A DNA stretch of 54,473 nt, filler included, from Jimgerdemannia flammicorona (lineage: Eukaryota), in assembly GCA_003990765.1 (NCBI GenBank). It is 3 parts of 3 records of this genome, joined end to end, with 100 filler letters (N's around TTAATTAATTAA, not from the genome) between each part and the next. Parts side by side here need not be neighbours in the genome. Positions count along the whole stretch, not along the records: positions 1 to 18,092 come from RBNJ01002308.1; 2 more parts are not named here. One strand, written 5' to 3'. Both the position numbers and the translations under genes were made by a program. Under the pieces are notes generated by a model, which saw only the letters and a list, made by a program, of their open reading frames with translations, did not search any database and was not told where the DNA came from. Positions 1 through 12,135 of this stretch are shown one piece after another (position 1 is the stretch's first letter; every line of letters starts with the position of its first letter).

Positions 1-794
1 AAAAAAAAAAAAAAAAAAACCCCGTGTCTAAAGCCCCATCTTGCTCAATAACTAAAATCGGGAAACTTGCAGCAAAAATGGCGATTCCAATATACAACGT
101 TCAATCGTACAAACAGAGCAACCATCTAAAATGTGCCCACGCCGTTTTGTCCTCGTCAAATCGCACACCGTGCTTCGCTCCCTGCTCGTATGCGACTTCG
201 CTTTTCCCCCGCGTCAACCAGCGCGTCGCCCTTCCTCCTCCGTAGCAGCGAAATGTCGACGTAAAATAACGGTTCCTGTGCTGTGGACTAGACGAGAGGA
301 GAGATGGGTGTGAATACGATCAGAATCGATGAACTGCAGATAAGCATGGCGAGGCCAGAATGGTACCAGTATGGTACTCAGCGTGCCCACAATTGTTCTA
401 CACCTTGACGAACCATCCCTTTGTTACATTTGCGACAAGCTCAGAAACGGCAGGACCCGCAATAGCTCGACAGGCAGCCCACGCCACTTGCTTTGTGCAC
501 ACAACCACCAAGATCCAAACATCCCTCCCAAGTTTTAGTACTGCAAGGGTCATGATGATTATCAAAACGTCTTGTAAACCTGCGAGAAGCACGACAGTAA
601 TAAAAATGGATGACGAACCAAAATCTCAAGCAAAAAGTCGGTAGACATCAAAACAGAAATGGTTCGACAAGCACGCCACCCACCATATGAACAGTTTACA
701 TTTGCCACATGATCAGAACGCAAAAGCCAAACTCATTACAGAGGGTCCATGATCCCTTCCCTTCCCCTCCCCCCCAACCACGAGCGCATTCTTA

Positions 795-3539
795 TTAGAG
801 CGCGCCGATGGAGTGCTCCCTCAGCTTCCTAGAGATGGCACCGTCGATTTCGAGGTCGAACATACGCCAGATGGCGTGATCATCCTGGAAGTCGTTATGC
901 ACAATGTTGATCAGGTAGTACGAGTTTTCAATCCCCTTGATCAGCTGCGCGGAGACACTGTCAGCCGCGGGATAGATCCGCGCCCACTCCGCCCAGAGCT
1001 CAAAAGCCTCCTCCTGCAAAGTCAGTCAAGTAAAGGTGAATACGGAGATGAGGAGGGAAGGGGAAGACGGCGTTGTGGTTAGTCACCTAAATTCGCGATA
1101 CTTTCAATGGCATTCAACTCAACCAAAAAGCACGCGATAAATATCTGGAGCGCTTTACATGCAGCAGCACAAACCATCCCCCCAACCTCCACTTCGTGCC
1201 CGCACAACCCAACCAGCCTACCTTCCATGCCATAAAACTCACGGCCTCGACGACAGTCGGTTGGATGATCTCCTTCCCAGGAAACACCCCCCACGTGACA
1301 GCATTAGGCCCATCGGTCTTGGTATTAGTTCTAAGGTCGCCCTGCTTATTAACAGCGTAGTACGTGACCTCTGGGTCCCTCTCAATCTTCCTGATGAGCT
1401 CGTCGAGCTTGTCTGGGCTGACGAAAAACTCGAGGTAGGCCTTCTGATACACGTACCCGTTCTTGGGACCCCAGCCGTGCAGTTTGTCCGCCGACTTGGT
1501 CCCATTCACCGCCGGCTGCGAGTTAATCGTCAGGTACCCTAACAGATTGATCGCCGCAAGCCGCTGCCGGATCGCGTCGGTCTCTGGGTCCAGCTGCTGC
1601 GCAGACCAGGGCAACGCCGCCACCTCGCCTCTGCAGAACTTAGCGAACAGGAGAGAGATGTCGTCGGACGTCGCAGGCGTGCCCCACATCGCCAAGCACT
1701 CCGCGGGCGTGTATTTGAGGGTGATGCCGTAGCCGTCCAGCTCGCCGAAGGCTAGATTGTGGGGACAGAAGGGAGAGTTACAAAGATTGAAAAAAAAAAA
1801 AAAAAAAAAAACTTCCCAAGGGAGCAATGAAATAGGACGTGCGCAAAGAAGGGATATTTTTGAAAACACTTACCAGGCGAGCGAGAATCGCCCCACCTTC
1901 CGTTCGGGAACTCGTCCCAAGACTCGGTACGCTGGATGTAACTCTTGATACGGTTCTTCCAGAAGATCGGACGCACATTCTCCTTTGCGCGCTTCTTGGA
2001 CAGCGACTAAAATCGGGCAATATGCAGTCGAAACGAGCGATCAACGACAACCCAATTCATCACAAAGAACCAAACCATTGGGCCAAACAAAACGTACCGG
2101 ATTCCATGGCAGCGGCTTCACGTTCTCGGGCGCCGGCACAAACCCAAGCCCTTCAAGGATGAGCCTGGTAGACCTTTCGAGGTTGAAGGTATAGAAGTGG
2201 AACCCGTTGATGCCGTTGTCCATCATGATCTGAATATGTTCTATGGCGAGCTTGATCCCATACTCCTTGACAGCAGCGTCGTCATCCTTGATGGGCTCGA
2301 GGTCGTCCCAAATCTTCTGCGGTATCACGTTGTTATCGAACGAGATTACCCGCTTCAAACCGTTGTATGACTGGATTGGGAAAATCCCCGGAAGGATCGG
2401 AACCGTGATTCCAGCCGCGCGGCACTTCCGAACGTACTCCAAGAAGATGTCGATGTCGTAGAAAAGCTGTGTCACGATCAGATCGGCACCGGCGTCAACC
2501 TTCTGTTTCAGGAATTGGATGTCCTCGTCTAGATTGCGGTTGTCTACGTGGCCTTCGGGATGGCCTGTGAGTGCATGGGAAGATGATATCGTGTTTAGAA
2601 TAGATGCCTAATCTCCTTGTCATCGCATACATCACACATATGGAACTTACCGGCGACGGCAATTCCAAAGTAGTCGCCGTACTGTTGGCGGATGTACTTG
2701 ACCAGATCGATTGCGTAGGAGAAGCCGTTTTCCACAGCCTCCCAGTGGGAAGCACCCCTCGGGGGGTCACCACGGAGGGCAAGGATATTTTGGCACCCGC
2801 AATCCTTGGCTTCCTGTTCACGTAACAAGCTGCAATCAGACCACATATTTCATCTTGGGGCCAAGCAACGACGCGATACTATGGGTCCCAGCTCTTACTA
2901 TATATACCATGCAAAGAACCTGCTGTCTTCTGCTTCTATATATACCACCCCCTCGCGAGACCCGTACCCTTCCAAAAACCACAATTCCTACTCACCTTTA
3001 GGGCAACATCAATCTTTTCCTTGGGCATGTTTGTGCAGGTAAGATGCATCATGGTCTCGAGGCCGTAGACGGACTGGGCCGTTGCGACGATCTCAACCGA
3101 GAGCTGGGAGGTCACGCCGCCGGCGTTCCAGGTAATATCAACGAACTCGGGCCCGAGACGGTACATACGTTCAATACGGTCGTAGAGGTTCTGGACACCC
3201 TGTGGACATGAAGAACGCGGATGGGGAATGTAAGGGTTTTACTGGTGAGGGGCCGCTTCCGATTTTTTTAAGGGCGACAACACTTATTGCGATCGCTCCT
3301 CCACATCTTCTACGCACAAGCTTCTCGAAACTATGTTCTCGAAACTATGCTGGAATTATATGAGTTTGGGTGGCATCTCATTCGGGGTGTTCCCCATGCC
3401 TCAAATCAACCACAAGGAACCCCTAGGCCTAGGTGCTTCTCGCATCACATACCTGCTGTGTCTTAGGGGGGAAGTATTCGAAGGACCAGAAGTTTCTGCC
3501 CTCCTCCTCGGCCTTGTGGATCTTGTCGATGACCTTCAT
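795..3539 (-). CDS. MET13: Methylenetetrahydrofolate reductase (MTHFR), copy A; 7 exons: 3539-3453, 3199-2996, 2813-2651, 2564-2098, 2006-1874, 1751-1222, 1013-795
   Basis: Spliced (GT-AG) translation gives [66 protein letters not shown]. The C-terminal SAM-regulatory domain carries [50 protein letters not shown] and [17 protein letters not shown]. Confidence 0.96.
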
Positions 3540-3651
3540 GTTTGCGCGCTCGTCGGGGTGGGGGGTGGATAGCTTCAGGAAGAGAGTTCTCGTAAAAGTA
3601 TGCAGGGTGAGTCAGAAGTCTGAAGTCCGTGGACGCGGTGGCAGTGGCCAG

Positions 3652-3876
3652 TGACGTCATGGGGAAGTTACACCATGATTGGTGACGATGGTTCCTATGC
3701 CTGGATTAAAATTTTTGGGTAATTCCTGCCAATGACAAAGTTTTTCTTTAAATCTAACCAGTTTCATTGATAAAAAACACAAGTCACAACTGACGGAAAC
3801 AGAACACGCGTGCGTGCACGCGTCGTCGTCATTTGTTGCCTCAAAATGGACACTCGAGGTGATGCAGCATCACGTG
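3652..3876. promoter_or_regulatory. Candidate upstream elements of MTHFR-A: CRE palindrome TGACGTCA (3652-3659) and E-box TCACGTG (3870-3876)
   Basis: Motifs are seen directly in the short intergenic region; function is inferred only. Confidence 0.3.
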
Positions 3877-4091
3877 CCGTCGAAGAGTTGCTATTATAAG
3901 GATGCATCCAGTTACTACCAGGGTATTTATTGTGGACGTGATTATGGCGAAGAAATTAAAATAAAGCAAACTATGCAATAATTCCATGGAGTAATAATAG
4001 CATACACACACGGCAGAAACCAAATTAAAAGAAGATAAGCCCAACCCAGAACACGATGACTACCATAGACGGTCTATGATTGCATCACTTC

Positions 4092-6849
4092 TTATCTCCC
4101 CTCCCCGACACTCTTGATGTGCCCAGACTCGAACAAGCGCCAGATGGCCTCGCCGTCCTGAAAATCGTTGTGCACGATATTGACGAGGTAGTACGTGTCG
4201 CGGACGTGCTCGATAAGGCGCCGCGCGTCCGAGTCCGGTTCACCGGCGGCGGAGTCGTAGAGATGGGCCCACTCCGTCCAGAGCTGGAAGGCTTCGTCCT
4301 GTTTTTTATAACCCCATGATGTGACATGTGTTGAACATTTTTTTTTTTTTTTATGGATCGAGATCGAGACGATATGAAGGCGCGTGGTAGAGACGCGCGC
4401 GCAAGCAAGCAGCAAAGACAAGGTCGAGCGGGAGAAAACAGTGTGAGGAGGCATGTGTTGAACATGACCATGTGTTGAACATGATGAGGCAGAGGCGGGA
4501 TGGGAGAACGAGGGTGAGTGATCGGGGACATGTGACATGCAATATTTAGAGGGTTACGGGGAGAACCATCGTTACTGCAAAGGCAAGACGTCGCATTGTG
4601 ATGTCGGATGCTGTTGTGTGCGGTGTACCTCTTTCATACGGCTGTTGCATCAATTCCCAGTCTCAATTCACAATTCACAATTCACCACCCTTCAAGTGGT
4701 TACCATCACTGCAAACCGTATCGGACGACGAAACCATACCTTCCACGCCATAAAACTGTCTTCCTCGACGATCGTCGGCTGCACGATCTCCTTGCCAGGG
4801 AAGACGCCCCAAGTGACGGCGGTGGGGGACTTTTCCTTACCACTGTTGCTCTTAAGGTCGCCCTGCAAGATCACAATCGTGGAAAAATGTGAGTCCACTA
4901 TTCACAAAATGCCAATCTATTCACACCAACCAAATTAGTAAAGAAAATGAATCATCAATCAACCTTAATGTTCACAGCAAAGTATGTGATGTCTCCATCC
5001 TTAGCAATCTTCTCTTCGAGCGCGGTCAACATCTCCTTGGGCACAAAAAACTCAAGGTAGGCCTTTTGATACACATACCCGTTCACAGGGCCCCACCCGT
5101 ACACGGGGTTCGTGCTGCGTGCACCGTTCACTGCTGGCTGCGAGTTGATTGTTAGGTATCCCGCTAGGTTCACCTCTGTCAGCCGCTGCCGGATGGAGTC
5201 CGACTCCAGCTCAAGCTGCTGTGCAGACCACGGGAGAGCCTTGAGCTCACCCATGCAGTACCGCGCGAAGAGGGAACATATCTCGGAGATCGTCGTAGGA
5301 CGGCTCCACATGGTTAGGCACTCCTCTGGGGTGAAGTTCAGCGTCACCCCGTAGCCGTCGATCTCACCGAAGGCTGGTGGGTTGGGGAGAGGGTAAGAAA
5401 TGAGTTTGGAGATAGGGAGTTGCTAAGTGGAGGGGTGAGAGCATTATTTAACGTACCAGGCGAGCGAGCGTCGCCCCAGCGGCCATTGGGATATTCGTCC
5501 CAGTTTTCCGTGCGTTGGACGTAGCTATGAGTGCGGTTTTTCCAGAAAATAGGACGGACGGTCTCCTTGGCACGCTTGGTGGAGAGCGACTTAAAAAGAA
5601 TAAAGTTCATCATCACACTTTTAGATATCGATCGACAAATTTGACCATCTACGACAAAATGAGAGATGACCAATTCATACCGGCTTCCAAGGTAGCGGCT
5701 TTACCATTTCCAAGGATGGCACCCACCCAAGCTTCTCAAGCGTCAGTCTGGTGGACTTTGCGAGGTTGAAGGTAAGGAAATGGAATGCGCGAAACCCTTT
5801 CGCGTACAGCTCGCGGACCATGCGCACCGAAAGGTCGACACCGTAGGCTTTGACGGCCTCGTCGTCGTGCTTGATGGGCTCGAGGTCGTCCCAGATCTGC
5901 TGCGGGACGTGGTTATTGTCGAACGAAGTCACACGCTTCAGGAAGTTGTACGACTGGATCGCGAACATCGCAGGAAGGATCGGAACCGTGATCCCCACAC
6001 GACGCGCACGATCCACGAACTGCAGGAAGATGTCCGTGTCCATGAACAGCTGCGTGATGATCAAGTCCGCACCAGCGTCGACCTTCTCCTTGAGGAAGAG
6101 GATGTCTTCCTCCAGGTCACGGTTGTCCACGTGGCCTTCAGGGTGACCTTTGGAGTTGAGGGGAGGGGGGGGGTTTCACGGTTAGGTATATATGGACGCA
6201 TGTTTCATTGAATAAAGCCGAGCCATCAATTACAGCATTTGCAACGGCCGAAACCTCGAAAAGTAACGTACCGGCAACAGCGATCCCGAACCAATCCCCA
6301 TACTGCTCCTTGATGTACTTGATCAAATCGATCGCGTGCTCGAATCCATTATCACAAGCCTGCCACTCTGTCTGTCCTCTGGGCGGGTCACCACGCAGCG
6401 CCAGGATGTTGCGGCACCCGCAAGCCTTGGCCTCGCGAAGCGCAATGTCGATCTTTTCCTTGGGCATGTTGGTGCACGTCAGGTGCATCATCGTCTCCAG
6501 CCCGTACACCGACTGTGCAGTTGTCACGATCTCGGCTGTCAGGTCCGACGTCACGCCACCGGCGTTCCAGGTGATGTCGATGAACTCGGGGCCCATGCCG
6601 TACATGCGCTCCATGCGGTCGTAGAGGTTTTGCACTCCCTGCGATTGGGATGCAGGGATTGGGATGGGTTAGTTGTGATGATGGATAGAATCCGGAGAAG
6701 GCACGTCGTCGAGGTTGTTCAAATGAAGTGTTTAAACTTGATGGTATGGAAAGAAAACATACCTGAGGGGTCTTGGGGGGGAAGAACTCGAACGACCAGC
6801 AGGGCTGGTTCTCCTTGATAGCCTTGTTTATTTTGTCGATGACCTTCAT
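4092..6849 (-). CDS. MET13: Methylenetetrahydrofolate reductase (MTHFR), copy B; exons approx. 6849-6763, 6638-6272, 6147-5681, 5589-5457, 5373-4964, 4862-4740, 4298-4092
   Basis: Same motif series as copy A ([77 protein letters not shown]). Canonical GT-AG introns keep the frame open. Confidence 0.95.
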
Positions 6850-7879
6850 GTTGTATGTTTGGATGGGTGGATTTCTTCAAAGGCTAACCGGCACCGGGCA
6901 GAACGATAAAATGCTAAAAGAAATGGGTAAACTAGGGAAAACTGAGGGGGTTAAAGAACGCAACCGCTCTGACAGAGGTTTTAAACGAATCCACGCCTCG
7001 CACCAGCGTCTTGGTGACCAACGACTGCAAACGGGGGTTGGGTACCGATCCACTGTGTCGTGCCGTCACACCCGTGTTACCCTCCTGATTTTTCTTCCTC
7101 TTTTTTTTTTTTTTTTGTCTGTGCGCATGTGTCTCTCATCCCGATCAAGGAGCTACTGATCAACAAAGTAGTATGATTTCCAGAAAGCTCCAAAGTTGGG
7201 GCCCGAGCATATGCCTTCCACCATTCGACGTGTCTTTTGGGGCACGAGCGTGGAGCGGCTTCGATCGCACGCGTCCAAATGTTTCCCCCGCGGTTCGCGA
7301 GGATTTGTCGGAACATGACTATATTGGGAAAAAGTACCAGTTATAACCTTGTTTTGGCACATGTCCGTTGTACAATTGTGAAAGATTGAAAGATTGGAGA
7401 TAAGACCAAAAAACCAGATAGAATATGTCATAAGTAGTCCCAGAGCTGCATGGAATAGCATGGAACGTTAATTAAATAATCACATGAGATGTTTGGGACA
7501 TGATAATAGTGAGCCTAATTTGTGTCAAATACCCGAGAGGTGCTTTGGCCCCCCTGAATATATAAAAGACTCATTAAGATATCGCCCCCCCCCCCACCTA
7601 ATCATGAGGAAAAAAAAAAAACTCTGTATGACACCTCATCTGTTTCGTTATGCCGCTACCCAGAATTCAACTTTGCATGCTCTCATTTTCACAATCTCTG
7701 GCCTACTTTGGCGAATCCCGGCCACCCTCGTCCCTAATGCATGTATGATTGAACACCATTCACAACACGACATTGTAGGATCGTAAGGAGTCTGTCGAAT
7801 GATTTCTGTCGCATCAAGATAGAATTCGGAGCGCTTCTTCAACAAAACCGAAACGTTGAAAACTTGCTTGTCTAATTAC

Positions 7880-8141
7880 CGTTATAGGGGTTCTCAGCCG
7901 AAGTGTCAAAATAATCTGCGGTCCCTATGTTCGGATAAGCAGCCACAATTAGGAGTCACGCCAAATCTAACTCTCCCCTGAACCCCTACAACGTTGTCGA
8001 CGGAAGACTGCTAGCGTGACCCTCTGCTACCAGGTATAGGTCTTCCCGATGCCCGACCAAACAAACAAACGTCGGGTTATGTAATTATGACAGGGTGTTG
8101 GATCCCTATAACCTATAACCGAACGAGAAGATTATGTTCGG
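7880..8141. other. Cluster of consecutive stem-loops (possible structured RNA or small foldback element)
   Basis: Complementary pairs 7880-7893/7980-7993 (14 bp), 8002-8008/8040-8046, 8052-8057/8071-8076 and 8119-8124/8136-8141. Confidence 0.35.
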
Positions 8142-9748
8142 CCCAAATGCCGTGGATTTTTTGTTTTGTTTTGTTTTGCCTCTCCCAATATGATGGCTGA
8201 AATGGCGAGGGGATTTTGTTTACTCTTCTTAATACCTACATTTGGCCAATTGCACGCATGCCCATCAACTATTGAGTAGGTGAGGGTGCGCTTGGACTCG
8301 TTTCAATGTAGGCATTGAAAACCAGCAATACTTCTTGAACTTCTTCCCTTTGCACCAGTCTACATTATCGATAAGATCGAGGCGATTAAAAACATTTATT
8401 CATAATTAAACTTTTAATACTAAGTTTTATACTGCAAATAACTAAGTCCTTTTTTTAATTGCGAATTCCCCATGATCACGCTTACGTTATTAAAATTCGG
8501 TGGGAGCCAACTTGGCAATACCATTTCCATTTAACACCAACCAACCACATTGCTGCGTGATATCTCATCGTCTCCGGAACAAATCGGCCTTAATTATTGT
8601 GTGAAGAGAATTTTAACACATCACCTACCTTCATGCCGTCGTCTTTTTTTTTATTTTTTTTATTTTTTTGGGGGGGATTCAACCGAGACAAAACACTCAG
8701 CCAATGACATGAAGGCACGCCTATATGAATTTACTACTTGCCCCAAATTTTTTGTCATCACTCGTAGAGAAACGGGTATTGTACGAACAAGGCAAGTCAA
8801 TTTATTGGGGGGGATTGAGCTCCATTGGGTGGGCCAAATAATTTCGGCAAAGCGATAAATATGCAGGGTTCTGGATTGCGTAATAATAAATTCCTCGGCT
8901 TCCCCCCAAAAAGTAAAATGTAACAATGGCATCACACATAATTATGATAAAAAAAATATAAAATAAAATAAAATAAAACTCCGTATTGTTCGAAAGAATG
9001 GTCTGCATCCTTGTTTTCTTCGGTCAACTGACACCTTCAATTGCAACATTTTGTTCCAGGCACGAGGTTTTGTGTCCGCTTCACCCATGGAGCAGGTGCG
9101 TGCTTGAGGATATCTTTCACCAATCATTGGTACACATGGTACCTTTTTTTTTTTTGAATGATGGTAGTCAGCTGACCACACACGTCAGCTTAGATCATGG
9201 CTGCATGAAGATCCATGTTTCAATTTGTATATTTGGTATATTTGTTTATTGACAGGTGCTATATATCTCAATACACGCTAACTGCGCCCAATATTTTATT
9301 GCGTGGGTAACCAATAACGTGGATTGTGGCGTTGACCTACAGTTAAATACAATTAAAGTATTCTCGAAGGGTCGCTAGTGGTACAGTGTTCTTTCCATTT
9401 GTTCGATTTGTTCGGAATATCAACTACCCCTATACCTTAACTACATTTAAGGCCGATCTGGGTTAACGATTGCATGTCAATATTTTGTTTACGGTCGATA
9501 CGCCTACCTAGGTTGTGGAACCATCCCGATAGTCAAATTAATCAAGATGTGAGCCACTAAAGCAACCAGATTTGATTTAATTGTTATCCCCTCGGTCATC
9601 ACAATACGAATGGTGGAACCGCCACTTCTATTTGGACAGCCGATCCAACAACGTGAGCCGAGCCCCTCCCGATAGATGGCTGTCACTATAAAAATGTGAA
9701 CCATAGCCCAACTTGCCCACCCCCATCCCTCAAACCCATCCCTTCAGA

Positions 9749-10444
9749 ATGCGTTTCTCTACCGTTCTGTTGAGCATCGCCGTGCTCATTCTTCTTTTTT
9801 CGAGTGTGGCCAGTGCTGGTCCTGGCTACAAAAAGGGTGATCGTCGTTGGAAAACCACTTCAAAAAAAACCAGCACTTCTACCAGAAAAACCTCCACAAA
9901 AACAACCTCCACCAAAACAACCAAAACCACCTCTACGAGCACTAAAACTAACGGGCCGGGCGGCGCGACTCAAAGCGGTGATGTGACCTGGTACAGCGTA
10001 TGCAATGGCTGCAAGGGCTATGTTGCTTGTGGTGACGCCGATGACGACAACAGTGTCATAGTGGCCATCTCGAAGTACTGGTGGAATTCGGCGGCGAACC
10101 CAAACAACGATGCGCTTTGCACTGTTTCAGGTCAGATGCATATCAAGATGACATACAAAGGCAAAACTATAAAGGTGCCCGTTCGTGATAAATGTTGCGG
10201 ATGCAAACCCAATGATCTCGATTTCAGGTAATTCAATGTAGACCTCATGCAATGATTCGATTCATTTTACTTCTGCACATATTAACAAGCGCACTTGCCC
10301 TGAATGTTTACTCATAGCCCCGCCGCCTGGAAAGCCTTCGGCCTCGACTTTAGTGTTGGTCGCTACCACAACATGACCTGGGAGTTTGCCGACTATATAC
10401 CGAAGTACAACGGGAACCCGTCCGGGTGTCCGCAGACTGGTTAG
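9749..10444 (+). CDS. Secreted RlpA-like double-psi beta-barrel (expansin/barwin-like) protein; intron 10228-10317
   Basis: Signal peptide MRFSTVLLSIAVLILLFSSVASA, K/T/S-rich linker, then GDVTWY..ACG..IVAIS..NPNNDALC..VRDKCCGC..DLDFSPAAWKAF..GR..MTWEF after splicing. TATA-like TATAAAA at ~9687. Confidence 0.88.
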
Positions 10445-12135
10445 CCTATTCGTTCCGGCAAGAATAGCGAGAGTCAGTAAAACCGCGTCAAACAGGCGCG
10501 TCGCCACGTTTTAGAATAACAGTTATACACTAAAGAAACCATCCAAGACACTACGTGTCCAATATGTATTATACCCGCATATATCCATATACCCTCGACA
10601 TTGTGCTGGCACGTATGTTGAATCTTTCATTAAAAACAAACTTGAGGTTTGTAATGAAGTTTACAAAGTGATAACCTACTCGATATAGGCATGATATTTG
10701 AAAGTGGATATATTTACGGCAATAGAGTGCGATCGCAGCATTTGAACCATGCCAGCAAGTATAACTATTGGCTGTCTATGAAATAGATCTAATCAAATCT
10801 TCGATTATAGATTCAAGAAGATACACAGCTTTCGAAGACGAATTGTACACGAAGGCGAAATACCTTTAGTGTTAATGTCCTCCTACTATGTTATTTATCG
10901 TATAATGTCCGTACGACATCCCGACTTTGCTTGTAATGTGTCAGACTTCCAAATCGCAGCATCCACCAATACTACATCGTTTCTTCATCCGAATCGAGCA
11001 ACTGGACGCCAAAGCATTAACCTCCTCCAACCCCACCATGGCATTTCGGCCCGCCCTTTCCGGCCAATCATCGAGGCCGCGACGATCGTCATTTATCGAC
11101 ACAGTCGTCGAGTAAACTGGCCCTGTCGAGATGGTCCCTTCGTCGAAAATTGTGACGAGGCGCAGCTGGCAGAATATCACGACCGGTTGGAGCAGTAACA
11201 CCGCCGAGGCCAGACACCAGGCACCCGTGGCGACGATGACGCAAAGCCAGAGAAGAAAGAGCGGGAAGACAACCACGGCGCATCACGCATCGGCCAGTTT
11301 GTGAGCCAGGCTGAGGAAAGATAGACACGGGGATGAACGAGCGGTGGGGGCCATTTGGAGTAGTGGAGGGAATGCAATGCCGATTATGATTATCCTACTT
11401 GGTTTTCATATATTCAGTAAGGGCATTGGGGGCGACGATCAAACCGCTGTCTGTCTCATATACAAGTATGCGAAACATTTTTTCTGCCGACTGGGGTCCC
11501 AGCCAGCTAAACCCATGTCGAATCCAATTGCATATAGCAACTGCTTGTAACGGTGTGAATCAACGCATGTCCCTTAACACATATCTCCATCTTCAGATAC
11601 GATCAAACTTTACTTATTAGGTGCTTGTGTAGAATGCTTGACACTGGATTTCAAAGTTGGAGAACACAACCAGGCTGTACCACAAACAAAATTCCAAAAG
11701 GGTTGCTGTACTTACCATACGCATTGATGTTTGCTTACGCTCATTGCGTTTAGACGTCGACATATAAACAATTGCCAAATCAGGGATATGTACTTCCCGT
11801 GCCTTATAGTCTCCTGACCGCAAAACTCGACTATATAAAAAACCATCGAAAAGTTGGATCCATAGTAACCTAACCATATTCTCGGGCCTGTTGGGATATA
11901 TCAACATCCATTATCCTACGTCATCCATTTGTGGCTTATACGAGGTTGCTTACGCCACTAACAATCATAACGCGTTACATACATTATCGCTCTTTGCCCC
12001 ATTCCTCGAGATCCCTAACTAAAGGATAATCCAATACTCAACAGGGCCGAGAATTATCCTTTGGCCTACGTGAGCTCTATTTGTCTATATATTTCCACTC
12101 AGGTTTACCAATATTCGTCTCAGAATCCTCACCAA

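Noticed and set aside
8122..8135. U6-like ACGAGAAGATTA motif
   Set aside because: It lacks the ACAGAGA box and the flanking U6 sequence.
10941..11377. GC-rich coding-like stretch with a hydrophobic ORF
   Set aside because: No recognisable motif or consistent frame; possibly a gene relic but not supportable.
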